Of a DNA stretch of 27,012 nucleotides, positions 18,925-27,012 are shown one piece after another. The notes beneath the pieces were generated by a model. That model had not been told where the DNA came from and did not search any database. It was given only the letters and a program-made list of their open reading frames with translations. Origin of the DNA: a candidate division WOR-3 bacterium (GTDB taxonomy: Bacteria; Hydrothermota; Hydrothermia; B15-G9; WFZT01); NCBI GenBank assembly GCA_027053075.1, contig JALUEE010000098.1, positions 1 to 27,012 on the forward strand, given 5' to 3'. Numbering within the stretch: the first letter of the stretch is position 1; every line of letters starts with the position of its first letter. Position numbers and translations under genes: made by a program.

Positions 18925-20150
18925 TCTATCAGAACCTCCATTTTGACGAGATTTTTAAGCATATCATAGGCTTTATCAAATTGAAGGCTCCTTCTCAACT
19001 CCTCAAACCGATTTTCCTTCCTGTACTTTTCAACAACCTGGTCTAATTTAGACTTGTCTTCCAACCTTTCTTCGATATGCTTTATCACCTCGTCGTCTGA
19101 AACCTGAATATCGTTAAGGTCAATGAATCTGCGAAGGATAATGTATTCCTTTACCTTATGCTTCGCAATATCCTCCACGATTGATTCTTTCTGATCTGGA
19201 GGAACATCTAATTTTAATGTTTTGGCAAGTCTTTCTTTTTCCCTCTGTACGAGGGTTTCCGGAAGTTCAAAACCAATATGGTCGTAAATCTTCTCGATCA
19301 AGTCCCATTCGAATCTATCTTCTGAATCCTTTTCCGCATTCTTTCTCAAACTCTCTTCGATGGAGTTTTTCATTTCTTCAAGGGACTCAAATCCTAAAAG
19401 TTTTGCAAATTCATCGTTGAGCTCAGGTAGTTCAAGCTCCCTGATGGAAGTTACATGAAAAACTTGCCTGAAAGGTAATTTTTCACCACCCTCCACAGCA
19501 AGCTTCCTATCAACTGTAATCACATCCCCTTTCTTTGCCCCCTTTAATTTTTCATAAAGTGTCTGGTCTGTCTTGCCCCATTCAAGGCGTACATAGCCGT
19601 TTTCCTCTTTCCTTATGACCTTGTTTGTGGCCGGATCAATTTCCTCGTAAACAGCAAAAACGTAGTCACCCTCGTCAGCCGGACGGTCGACTTCTTTAAA
19701 CTGGCCAAAAGATTTTCTGTAACTTTCGAGCTCTTCTTCAACATCTGCACGTGTGATTCTATTCACTTTTTTCTCGACAACCACCTTTGAAAGATCAGGG
19801 AAGGAAAACATGGGGATCACGTCGAATTCGGCCTCCACGTAATAACTTCCGTCGTCGTTTTTCGTGTATCTGAGCCTCACAGGAGGTATGTAGTCGTACA
19901 GGTTTTTCTCGATTTCTTCCATAACCTTATTGTATGCAAGGTCATCCAGCGCTTCCTGCTCGATCTCCCTTTCGTATCTCGTCATAACCAGTTTAAGTGG
20001 AGCTCTTCCAGGTCTGAAGCCTGGAATTTTGCGGCTTTTCTGGAATATCTTAGCGACTTCTTGCTTTTTCTTTTCCAACTCCTCCGGAGTAATTTCCAGA
20101 GTAATCGTCTTATGAGCGCTTAAATCCTCTTTTGGCAATATTTTTCCCAT
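18921..20150 (-). CDS. tig: Trigger factor
   Basis: [10 protein letters not shown] ribosome-binding signature; canonical tig-clpP-clpX-lon order. Confidence 0.92.
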   Translation of the reverse strand: MGKILPKEDLSAHKTITLEITPEELEKKKQEVAKIFQKSRKIPGFRPGRAPLKLVMTRYEREIEQEALDDLAYNKVMEEIEKNLYDYIPPVRLRYTKNDDGSYYVEAEFDVIPMFSFPDLSKVVVEKKVNRITRADVEEELESYRKSFGQFKEVDRPADEGDYVFAVYEEIDPATNKVIRKEENGYVRLEWGKTDQTLYEKLKGAKKGDVITVDRKLAVEGGEKLPFRQVFHVTSIRELELPELNDEFAKLLGFESLEEMKNSIEESLRKNAEKDSEDRFEWDLIEKIYDHIGFELPETLVQREKERLAKTLKLDVPPDQKESIVEDIAKHKVKEYIILRRFIDLNDIQVSDDEVIKHIEERLEDKSKLDQVVEKYRKENRFEELRRSLQFDKAYDMLKNLVKMEVLIE

Positions 20151-20188
20151 AATTTATTCTCTCCTAAGGTGAATTTGGATTGCACGTA

Positions 20189-20217
20189 ATAATAATTTTA
20201 TTTGAATTTCATGTCAA
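20189..20217 (-). promoter_or_regulatory. sigma70 promoter of the tig-clpP-clpX-lon-hflX operon
   Basis: TTGACA (20217-20212), 17 bp spacer, TATTAT (20194-20189); SD AGGAGAG downstream. Confidence 0.8.
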
Positions 20218-20243
20218 TCTTTGATGACGAGTGTTCGAATATA

Positions 20244-20288
20244 CCCCCTTCCCATCCTTCTCGCACGCACTTCGTGCGTGAGGTAAGG
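20244..20288 (+). repeat. Degenerate REP-like copy R8
   Basis: CCCCCTTCCCATCC tail plus CACGCAC-TTC-GTGCGTG hairpin. Confidence 0.7.
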
Positions 20289-20319
20289 CCAGAATTTTTC
20301 TAAAAAATTGCTCATTTCG

Positions 20320-20348
20320 TTGATATAATCGCAAGGTGTAGTTAAAAT
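20320..20348 (+). promoter_or_regulatory. sigma70 promoter of the polysaccharide locus
   Basis: TTGATA (20320-20325), 17 bp spacer, TAAAAT (20343-20348), ending 9 nt before the ATG. Confidence 0.6.
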
Positions 20349-20357
20349 AAGAGCCTT

Positions 20358-22124
20358 ATGAACTGGCTACTATTGCTTGTCACTCTAATAAGACCTGTTC
20401 CGAGGGTTTTGTTTCTTACCTCAACTATAGACGGTAAAGGGATGCTCCCCCCGGGTGCACACCTTGCCCTGGAAGAATTCAGCAGACACGGAGCTTTTGT
20501 GACCTTTCATGATAAATCCATCCTCTACAGTCCGGATTCTCTTAAATACTTTGATATAATCATCGCTCCAACTTCCTACGGATACCACGACATAGACCGA
20601 CCACTATCCCTCACCTATCTTGATACAATTTCCATGAACAACATACTCAATTGGATAAAAAACGGTGGTTTCTTTATTGCAGGTGGCAATATTGGCAGGA
20701 ATACTCTGAAAGGAAAAGACCGTGTGGTTTCGGGTAATAAATTAACCCAGGACGAATGGCCCTTAGGACGAGCTTTCGGCTTCGATATGGTTGAAATAAA
20801 TATCAAAGGCTATGCACTCCTCAATAAAGATACAGTTTTCTTCGACTGGTACAACAATCCTGTGAGGAATAAACTTGACATGGATGACTGGGTGCTCGTT
20901 CCCGTAAATGAAAAGTCCGATGTTCACAATCTCCTCGTCTGGTCTAACGGTAAAAAATCCTTCGCGGGTGCGACGATCAGGAAATATGGGAAAGGCTATG
21001 CCATGCTGCTTTCCTCGTTTCTTTTATTGCATCCTTCGTTCGATGGGGGTTGGGCAGATGTTCCAGAGATAACAAGATTTTATCATAGAGTGACCACGTT
21101 TTTTATGGGTCTAAAAGGCCATTCCACTGGAGTTGACCCATGGCCTTTTGGCAAAAAAGCTGTTCTTGCAGTTACACTCGACGACGGCGGAAAATTCTCA
21201 GAATACCAGCTTACATTAAAATCGCTTCTTGATAGGGTGCCTGGCCTCACGTTCTTTGTTACTGGAAGGCTTGAGCCAGATATACTTTCATACATCAAAA
21301 AGTTCAAACAGATCGAGATTGGTAACCACAGCTTCAACCATCCGTTCTTCAGAGACCTTAATCTCACACAGTCTATTGCAGAAATTGAGATGACTGAAAA
21401 AGTCATCGGAAAGACCAGGGTCTTTAGATTCCCCTATGTAAATTATACTTCCGAGGGGATTTACGCTCTCTGGACACATGGATTTAAATACGAATCCTCC
21501 ATCAGGGTTGACCATTTAAATGAATTTAAAGGGGCCATTTTCCCCTACAACCTTGTGATTTCCTTTGGCAGAAACCTTATAACAACCGGACTTTACGAAT
21601 TTTCGCCTGTGAAGTCGGACTGGTTCTTTTACCAGAAAATATATGCCGACAATTATCCGGAAAAGGAGCAGATCGCCAGCCAAAAAGCCTTCAAATCATA
21701 CCTCGAAACCATGTGGGAAATTATCAAAGAGGCACGAGGTGTGATGGTTCAAATGGGACATCCCATGTACGAAGGCCACACAATGGCATTCCTCAAGCCT
21801 GTGCTGGAATTTATTGACGAGGTTGAGCAGGACAAAAATGTATGGGTTGCCTCTCTCGGTCAGGTTTACGACTGGTGGAGTACTGTACGAAACGTGAGGG
21901 TTATGGTTGAAGATAAAGGTAAAAAGATTACTTACAGGATCAGCAATCCATACCATGAAAGAATAGAGGGTTTCAGCCTCTGGATTGACTCTGGCCCTCC
22001 GAAGGTTAAGTTTAAGAAATGCAGTGGCTATTACTTCCAGGAAAAAATGGGTGAGAACACAAGATACCATATTGTTCTTACGATCCCACCTGGTACCTCA
22101 TCTGTCGAAGTCAAGCTTCCATGA
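20358..22124 (+). CDS. Exported polysaccharide deacetylase (CE4/NodB domain) with an additional N-terminal domain
   Basis: TLDDG, GNHSFNHP and FRFPY NodB motifs; hydrophobic N-terminus. Confidence 0.85.
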   Translation: MNWLLLLVTLIRPVPRVLFLTSTIDGKGMLPPGAHLALEEFSRHGAFVTFHDKSILYSPDSLKYFDIIIAPTSYGYHDIDRPLSLTYLDTISMNNILNWIKNGGFFIAGGNIGRNTLKGKDRVVSGNKLTQDEWPLGRAFGFDMVEINIKGYALLNKDTVFFDWYNNPVRNKLDMDDWVLVPVNEKSDVHNLLVWSNGKKSFAGATIRKYGKGYAMLLSSFLLLHPSFDGGWADVPEITRFYHRVTTFFMGLKGHSTGVDPWPFGKKAVLAVTLDDGGKFSEYQLTLKSLLDRVPGLTFFVTGRLEPDILSYIKKFKQIEIGNHSFNHPFFRDLNLTQSIAEIEMTEKVIGKTRVFRFPYVNYTSEGIYALWTHGFKYESSIRVDHLNEFKGAIFPYNLVISFGRNLITTGLYEFSPVKSDWFFYQKIYADNYPEKEQIASQKAFKSYLETMWEIIKEARGVMVQMGHPMYEGHTMAFLKPVLEFIDEVEQDKNVWVASLGQVYDWWSTVRNVRVMVEDKGKKITYRISNPYHERIEGFSLWIDSGPPKVKFKKCSGYYFQEKMGENTRYHIVLTIPPGTSSVEVKLP

Positions 22125-22169
22125 GCATGTTCGAAAGATTTCAATTTATCTGTAATTTTAAGAGCAATT

Positions 22170-22222
22170 CCCCCACCTTTCCTCCCCCACGCAGGAAGTG
22201 CGTGGGGGAGGATGGGAGGGGG
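22170..22222 (-). repeat. REP-like copy R9
   Basis: 14-bp stem TCCTCCCCCACGCA/TGCGTGGGGGAGGA plus tail TGGGAGGGGG. Confidence 0.85.
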
Positions 22223-22267
22223 CAATATTCTCCACAGGTTCAACTACCATGAATTCAGGGAGTTTCT

Positions 22268-23716
22268 ATGGTCTTTGAGGTAAAAAGCACTCTTGATGCC
22301 CTAATCCTCATTGTCACCAACTTTTTCATCATCTATTTTGTTGTTTATGGCCTTATAAATATCTGGTTCTTCGCCGTTTTCCTCATTGATTTCATGGGAA
22401 TGAGGCCTCGTGATGAAGAGATCGTAAATCCACCTCGAGTTTCCATCCTCGTTCCATCTTACAATGAGGAGCGAGTGATAGTGAACACCGTTACCTCCCT
22501 CTTAAATCTCGACTATCCCAACTTTGACATCATTGTCATAGACGATGGGTCCCGTGATAATACAACACCAGAGCTCGTGAGACATTTCTCCATGGAGCCC
22601 GGAAATCTAACACCTATAGGAAAACTCAAAACAGCGAAAATCGAGCGGATTTATCAATCTAAAAAGTACCCCAATCTAATCCTGATTCGCAAAGAAAATG
22701 GGGGGAAAGCCGATGCCCTGAACGCGGGTTTAAATTTCTCAAAAAGTGAGATTGTGGTAACCATAGATGCTGACACCCTGCTTTCACCAAGGAGCTTGAT
22801 GAGAATGGTAAGACTCTTTAGAGAGAAAAACGCGGCCGCAGTGGGAGGCCTTCTGACAGTTTCAAACGATGCCATCATAAAAAATGGTAAACCCGTCAGC
22901 GCAAAATTTCCGTCAAACCTCTGGGTAGTTTTCCAGCTCATCGAATACCTCGTCTCCTACTCCATCGGCCGAGGAGCCTTATCGAGAATAGACTCACTGC
23001 TTGTGCTTTCAGGGGCATTTTCAGCCTTCGACAGGGAACTCCTTTTAAAAGTTGGTGGCTTCCTGTCAAAATTTGCCCACAGAAAAACAACTGTCTGCGA
23101 GGACATGGAGATCATCGTTAGACTCCATAAATTCCTGAAAGAGAAACGCATTCCCCGCCCCATCAAATTTCATTTCTTCCCCATTGCCTGGACTGAAGTT
23201 CCATCAAAGCTAAAAAACATTTTGAGACAGAGAAACAGATGGCACCGCGGACTCGGGGAGTCTCTCCTGATTCACTCAGATATGTTCCTGAACCCAAAAT
23301 TCAGGCACATAGGATTTTTTGCCGTTCCATACTACACTATTTTTGAATTTTTCTCACCCATTGCCAAGCTTCTATCAACCCTGCTCGTTCTTGTCCTTGT
23401 ATTCTTAAACCTTGTTCACTGGAAATTTGTAATAACCCTCTTCTTGCTCGTTGTTGTCCTGAATGGTCTCTACACTTCCCTTGTAACAACCCTGGTTGAA
23501 GTGAAATTCAAAAATATCTCAAGGGACAATATTGAAGCTATGAGGTTCAAAACCCTTGGAGATTGGCTTAAACTTATACTTCTTTCGTTCTTTCTTGAAC
23601 CAGCCTTTGGAGTTATAAGAACATTTGCCCAGCTCTGGGGTATTCTTGATCTTCTGAAAGGTAAATCAAGCTGGTATAAGTTCGAAAGAGAAGGAATTAA
23701 ATTAGAGGAGGAATGA
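22268..23716 (+). CDS. Processive GT2 glycosyltransferase (PgaC/IcaA-like synthase)
   Basis: DDGS, GKADALN, DAD, ED and QRNRW motifs with N- and C-terminal TM helices. Confidence 0.9.
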   Translation: MVFEVKSTLDALILIVTNFFIIYFVVYGLINIWFFAVFLIDFMGMRPRDEEIVNPPRVSILVPSYNEERVIVNTVTSLLNLDYPNFDIIVIDDGSRDNTTPELVRHFSMEPGNLTPIGKLKTAKIERIYQSKKYPNLILIRKENGGKADALNAGLNFSKSEIVVTIDADTLLSPRSLMRMVRLFREKNAAAVGGLLTVSNDAIIKNGKPVSAKFPSNLWVVFQLIEYLVSYSIGRGALSRIDSLLVLSGAFSAFDRELLLKVGGFLSKFAHRKTTVCEDMEIIVRLHKFLKEKRIPRPIKFHFFPIAWTEVPSKLKNILRQRNRWHRGLGESLLIHSDMFLNPKFRHIGFFAVPYYTIFEFFSPIAKLLSTLLVLVLVFLNLVHWKFVITLFLLVVVLNGLYTSLVTTLVEVKFKNISRDNIEAMRFKTLGDWLKLILLSFFLEPAFGVIRTFAQLWGILDLLKGKSSWYKFEREGIKLEEE

Positions 23717-25191
23717 GCATGCTGAATTTGATTTTAATATTGACCCTTATCGGAAGCAATGAGGGTGATCGACTCTGGAAACTTATCGACCAGGGGAAAT
23801 ACACCACTGTTATTGAAGAGGCAAATCAATATATCAAGAAAGGGAATGTCGAGAAGGATGTGCTTCTTGCCCTTGCATACTCGTACAGAGTCACAGACAG
23901 CACTGATAAGGCCATAAAAATTTATTACAAAATCCTCTCGGCCAATCCCTCAGACTATGATGCCCTCAGCGGGCTTGCGTTTACACTCTCATGGAAAGGA
24001 GACCTGGACAGCTCTATTAAAGTTTACAAAAAACTTCTAAAATCTTACAAAAATGACAGAGAGGCTCTCATGGGGATTGCCAGAGTCTATGGCTGGAAGG
24101 GTGACCTGAAGCAGGCAAAAAAATGGATAAAAAAGGCACTGTCTATCTATCCCGACTCTCCTGATGTTTTAAAGATCTGCGGAGATATCTATACGTGGGA
24201 TGACAGGCTCAAAGAAGCGGCCAGATGCTATGAAAAGGCCCATGAGAAATCCCCGAAGGATGTTGAAATCATCATAAAACTGGCAAGGACTTACGAATGG
24301 ATGGGAGATTACAAAAACTCCTTAAAATGGTATAGAATGGCCCTAAGCCTTGATCCTCAGAACAAGGATGCTGTGAGTGGTATCAAGCGAATTAAAAATG
24401 CCAGAAAACCCACACTGTCTTTAAAATACTCCAACGGTCTTGAGATTGACTCTACCACAAAGACAAGATGGAACTCCATGGTTCTGAATTTAAAAGGAAA
24501 ATTAAACCGCTATCTTGGATACTCTATACGCGCCTCGGGATACAACGCAAGAAAAATTGATACCTCACGGACAACATATTTCATGCAGCCGGGAATTATC
24601 TTCACTTACAATCCCTTCACCCTGACTCTCGCTCCCGGATTTGGAACCACAAACGTCATGTACAGTGAACTCTCGTTCAAAAAAGACCCCGTTACTCTCA
24701 GTGCAATCTACACTGATGAAATCCTTGAGGATGTGCATCTTATAAAAATCAAACATCTTGAGCTAAATGGTGAACTTGATATGTTTGGTTTTGAGCTCAA
24801 AACCGGATATGACAAAGGCCAGATTCCGTATGATAACAACTCACGAGTGATTTTTGATTTTACCCTTATCCGCAACCTGATCAGCAACCCTGTGAGCCTG
24901 AAAATACTTTACTCTTATGGATACAAGGATTACGCAAACTGGTCTCCTTACTACTACTCACCATCAAATTTCAGCCTTCACTCACTGGGAGCAATGATTT
25001 TTAAGAGTCTCGGTAAAGGTTACATTTATGCCGATTTCAGCCGGTCCTTTTACGGCCAGCCCCAGATGCTATCCGCATCGGCCGAGGCAGGTTTCAGGAA
25101 CTTTTACATTTCAATCTCGTACTTCGAGACATCTGAGAATTACAGCTACACCAACATTTCTGCGGGTTTGACCACAAGGTTGGGATTTTAA
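23713..25191 (+). CDS. TPR-repeat plus C-terminal beta-barrel outer-membrane protein (PgaA/YaiO-like export channel)
   Basis: Signal peptide, about 5 TPRs (LAFTLSWKG, IARVYGWKG, LARTYEWMG), YYSP motif, terminal Phe; ATGA overlap with the GT2 gene. Confidence 0.75.
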   Translation: MSMLNLILILTLIGSNEGDRLWKLIDQGKYTTVIEEANQYIKKGNVEKDVLLALAYSYRVTDSTDKAIKIYYKILSANPSDYDALSGLAFTLSWKGDLDSSIKVYKKLLKSYKNDREALMGIARVYGWKGDLKQAKKWIKKALSIYPDSPDVLKICGDIYTWDDRLKEAARCYEKAHEKSPKDVEIIIKLARTYEWMGDYKNSLKWYRMALSLDPQNKDAVSGIKRIKNARKPTLSLKYSNGLEIDSTTKTRWNSMVLNLKGKLNRYLGYSIRASGYNARKIDTSRTTYFMQPGIIFTYNPFTLTLAPGFGTTNVMYSELSFKKDPVTLSAIYTDEILEDVHLIKIKHLELNGELDMFGFELKTGYDKGQIPYDNNSRVIFDFTLIRNLISNPVSLKILYSYGYKDYANWSPYYYSPSNFSLHSLGAMIFKSLGKGYIYADFSRSFYGQPQMLSASAEAGFRNFYISISYFETSENYSYTNISAGLTTRLGF

Positions 25192-25244
25192 TGAGCTTTA
25201 TAAATGGTGAATATAAATACACCAGACAAAAAGGTGATGAAATG

Positions 25245-25673
25245 ATGTTGATTACCCATTCCACCCCAACCCTCCCTTGCCAGATGGAATGGAGGGAGTT
25301 TTATCATCTCTTAAACCAGAATAATCGAAACCTTTGTCGGAAAGCTAAGAAACTTCCCCTCCTTCCTTCGAGTAAGAAAGGGTTAGGGGAGGATGGTGAA
25401 TCAAATGGGGATTTTGAAGACTTGGAATCCATTATCTTTCACATACACCTTATGGGCATGTATGAAAATTTTGGATTTGATAAAAGACTGAACTGTGCGC
25501 TGGGTAAAGATTTGGATGAAGTAATGTTTACTATCCATTCCACCCCCTTTTCTCAAATGGAAAGTATGGAGTTTTATTCTCACACAAACCACCAGACTCG
25601 AAACCTTTCCCAGGAAGCTGAGAAACTTCCCCTCCTTCCCTCAGGGAAGGAGGGGTTAGGGGAGAATGGGAAA
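25245..25673. repeat. Two degenerate direct copies (about 25245-25400 and 25524-25673) of a REP-doublet unit
   Basis: Shared CCATTCCACCCC...GGAGTTTTAT...TCGAAACCTTT...AAGCTnAGAAACTTCCCCTCCTTCC...GGGTTAGGGGAGnATGG. Confidence 0.85.
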
Positions 25674-25738
25674 ATTTCGTGCTATAAGCCTATAGTCTCG
25701 CTGTATTCAAAAGTGACTTCTTTAAAAGGGTCAAAAGC

Positions 25739-27012
25739 ATGAAGACAAGGGTCGCCATTCTTCTAATACTTATACTCGCGGTTTTAGGACTCTCCTTTGA
25801 GCTCTATAGAATAGAAAAGCAGTACCTCTCACCCAAGGTCAAAAAGGTTGAGAAGGAAGTGGTAAAGAAGGTGGGAGTCAATCTCACCCCGGAGGAGGTT
25901 CGGAGACGTTCAAAGAACCTGAAAATTTATTCGCGAGTAAATGGCGAACACTTCGAGGTATTGAAAATTGTCTCCCGTGCCGGTGGCACAGTGGACACCA
26001 TTTTTACCCCATTTTTTGTCAAAGGAATTAATTTCGGGCCCGCCCTTCCTGGCACATACCCTGCCCAATTCGCCCCTACACGCGAAGATTATTCACGATG
26101 GCTCAGAGAGATGGGGAAAGCAGGATTTAATGCTATCCGCCTTTACACTGTTCTCCCCCCAGATTTTTACAGTGCCCTCTCGAGCTACAACATGAAAAAT
26201 TCTGCCCATCCCATTTTTCTGTTTCAGGGCATATGGGTACCTGTTCCTGATAGCGAGGATTACCTGAACGAGCAGTTTGACCTTGAAATCGAGAAGGAGA
26301 TTGAGAAAGCGGTTGACGCCATCCATGGTAAAAATGAATACTTCGTGGACGTTTCCCAGTACACCTTTGGATATATCTTCGGCAGAGAATGGGAACCCGA
26401 TGGAGTCTTGAAAACCACAAAACTTCATCCTGGAGACACAACATTTACTGGTAATTTTATCTCGATTCCACGGGGTAATCCCATGGAAATCTGGCTTGCC
26501 AGAATGCTTGACTATATCGAAACCTATGAGGCTGTTACTTACGGTGATCTTCATCCCATTTCATTTGTAAACTGGCTTACACTTGATCCGCTATACCATA
26601 TTTCGGAATTTATCGAATCACCAAGGGTGAGGGAATATGACAATGACCTTTTAACTGTTGACCCATCGAAATTTTATCGAACAGACCTCAACACTGCTGG
26701 ATTTTTTGCCTCTTACCACATTTATCCATACTATCCGGACTTTATAAACAACGAATACAGGGATTTTATAAGTCGATATGGAAAGGATAACTACGCCGGG
26801 TATCTTCACGCCTTGAAGGAAGAAACTGATGGAATTCCCATACTCGTTGCAGAATTCGGTGTCCCTTCTTCACGAGGTATTGGACATTTTAACCCATTCG
26901 GGATGAATCAGGGTGGACACACAGAAACGGAACAGGGACTCATAGATTTCAAGCTTTTCCGCGACATTCACGATGCAGGCTATGCTGGTGGCATTCTCTT
27001 TGAATGGATGGA
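25739..27012 (+). CDS. Membrane-anchored clan GH-A-like TIM-barrel glycoside hydrolase (3'-partial)
   Basis: Manual translation MKTRVAILLILILAVLG...FVKGINFG...GFNAIRLYT...GREWEP...YHIYPYYP...LVAEFGVPSSRG...GGILFEWM; open to the window end. Confidence 0.85.
   Translation, partial: MKTRVAILLILILAVLGLSFELYRIEKQYLSPKVKKVEKEVVKKVGVNLTPEEVRRRSKNLKIYSRVNGEHFEVLKIVSRAGGTVDTIFTPFFVKGINFGPALPGTYPAQFAPTREDYSRWLREMGKAGFNAIRLYTVLPPDFYSALSSYNMKNSAHPIFLFQGIWVPVPDSEDYLNEQFDLEIEKEIEKAVDAIHGKNEYFVDVSQYTFGYIFGREWEPDGVLKTTKLHPGDTTFTGNFISIPRGNPMEIWLARMLDYIETYEAVTYGDLHPISFVNWLTLDPLYHISEFIESPRVREYDNDLLTVDPSKFYRTDLNTAGFFASYHIYPYYPDFINNEYRDFISRYGKDNYAGYLHALKEETDGIPILVAEFGVPSSRGIGHFNPFGMNQGGHTETEQGLIDFKLFRDIHDAGYAGGILFEWM

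Noticed and set aside
20151..20357. tRNA upstream of tig
   Set aside because: No cloverleaf is present; GTTCGAAT at 20233-20240 resembles a T-loop but lacks flanking stems and fits the repeat-boundary motif
25191..25742. 183-aa ORF as a conserved protein-coding gene
   Set aside because: It is composed of duplicated REP units, so it is not listed as a CDS and is kept only as a finding
25968..26554. Three short ORFs in the track
   Set aside because: They are shadows of the long + strand hydrolase frame starting at 25739

Overview
Bacterial chromosomal window, probably from a thermophilic diderm candidate-phylum lineage (WOR-3-like; inference only). Left to right on the + strand: a Prx6 peroxiredoxin with a sigma70 promoter, PerR-like box and terminator; an uncharacterised four-gene membrane cluster (DUF6754-like); lspA; two outer-membrane beta-barrels (one PorV/PorQ-like); smpB; M3 oligopeptidase A; and a DUF445 protein. 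Next is a REP-rich intergenic region containing a complete IS110-family element on the - strand (11500-13237, between two CT cores). The - strand tig-clpP-clpX-lon-hflX operon follows. The window ends with a + strand synthase-type exopolysaccharide locus (CE4 deacetylase, GT2, TPR/beta-barrel, and a clan GH-A hydrolase that runs off the window and is absent from the ORF track). The main finding is that the IS110 non-coding left end folds into a bridge-RNA-like structure whose four guide segments can be matched by eye to the element's own ends and to its insertion site. That site is a REP-like hairpin that is perfectly restored when the IS is removed.
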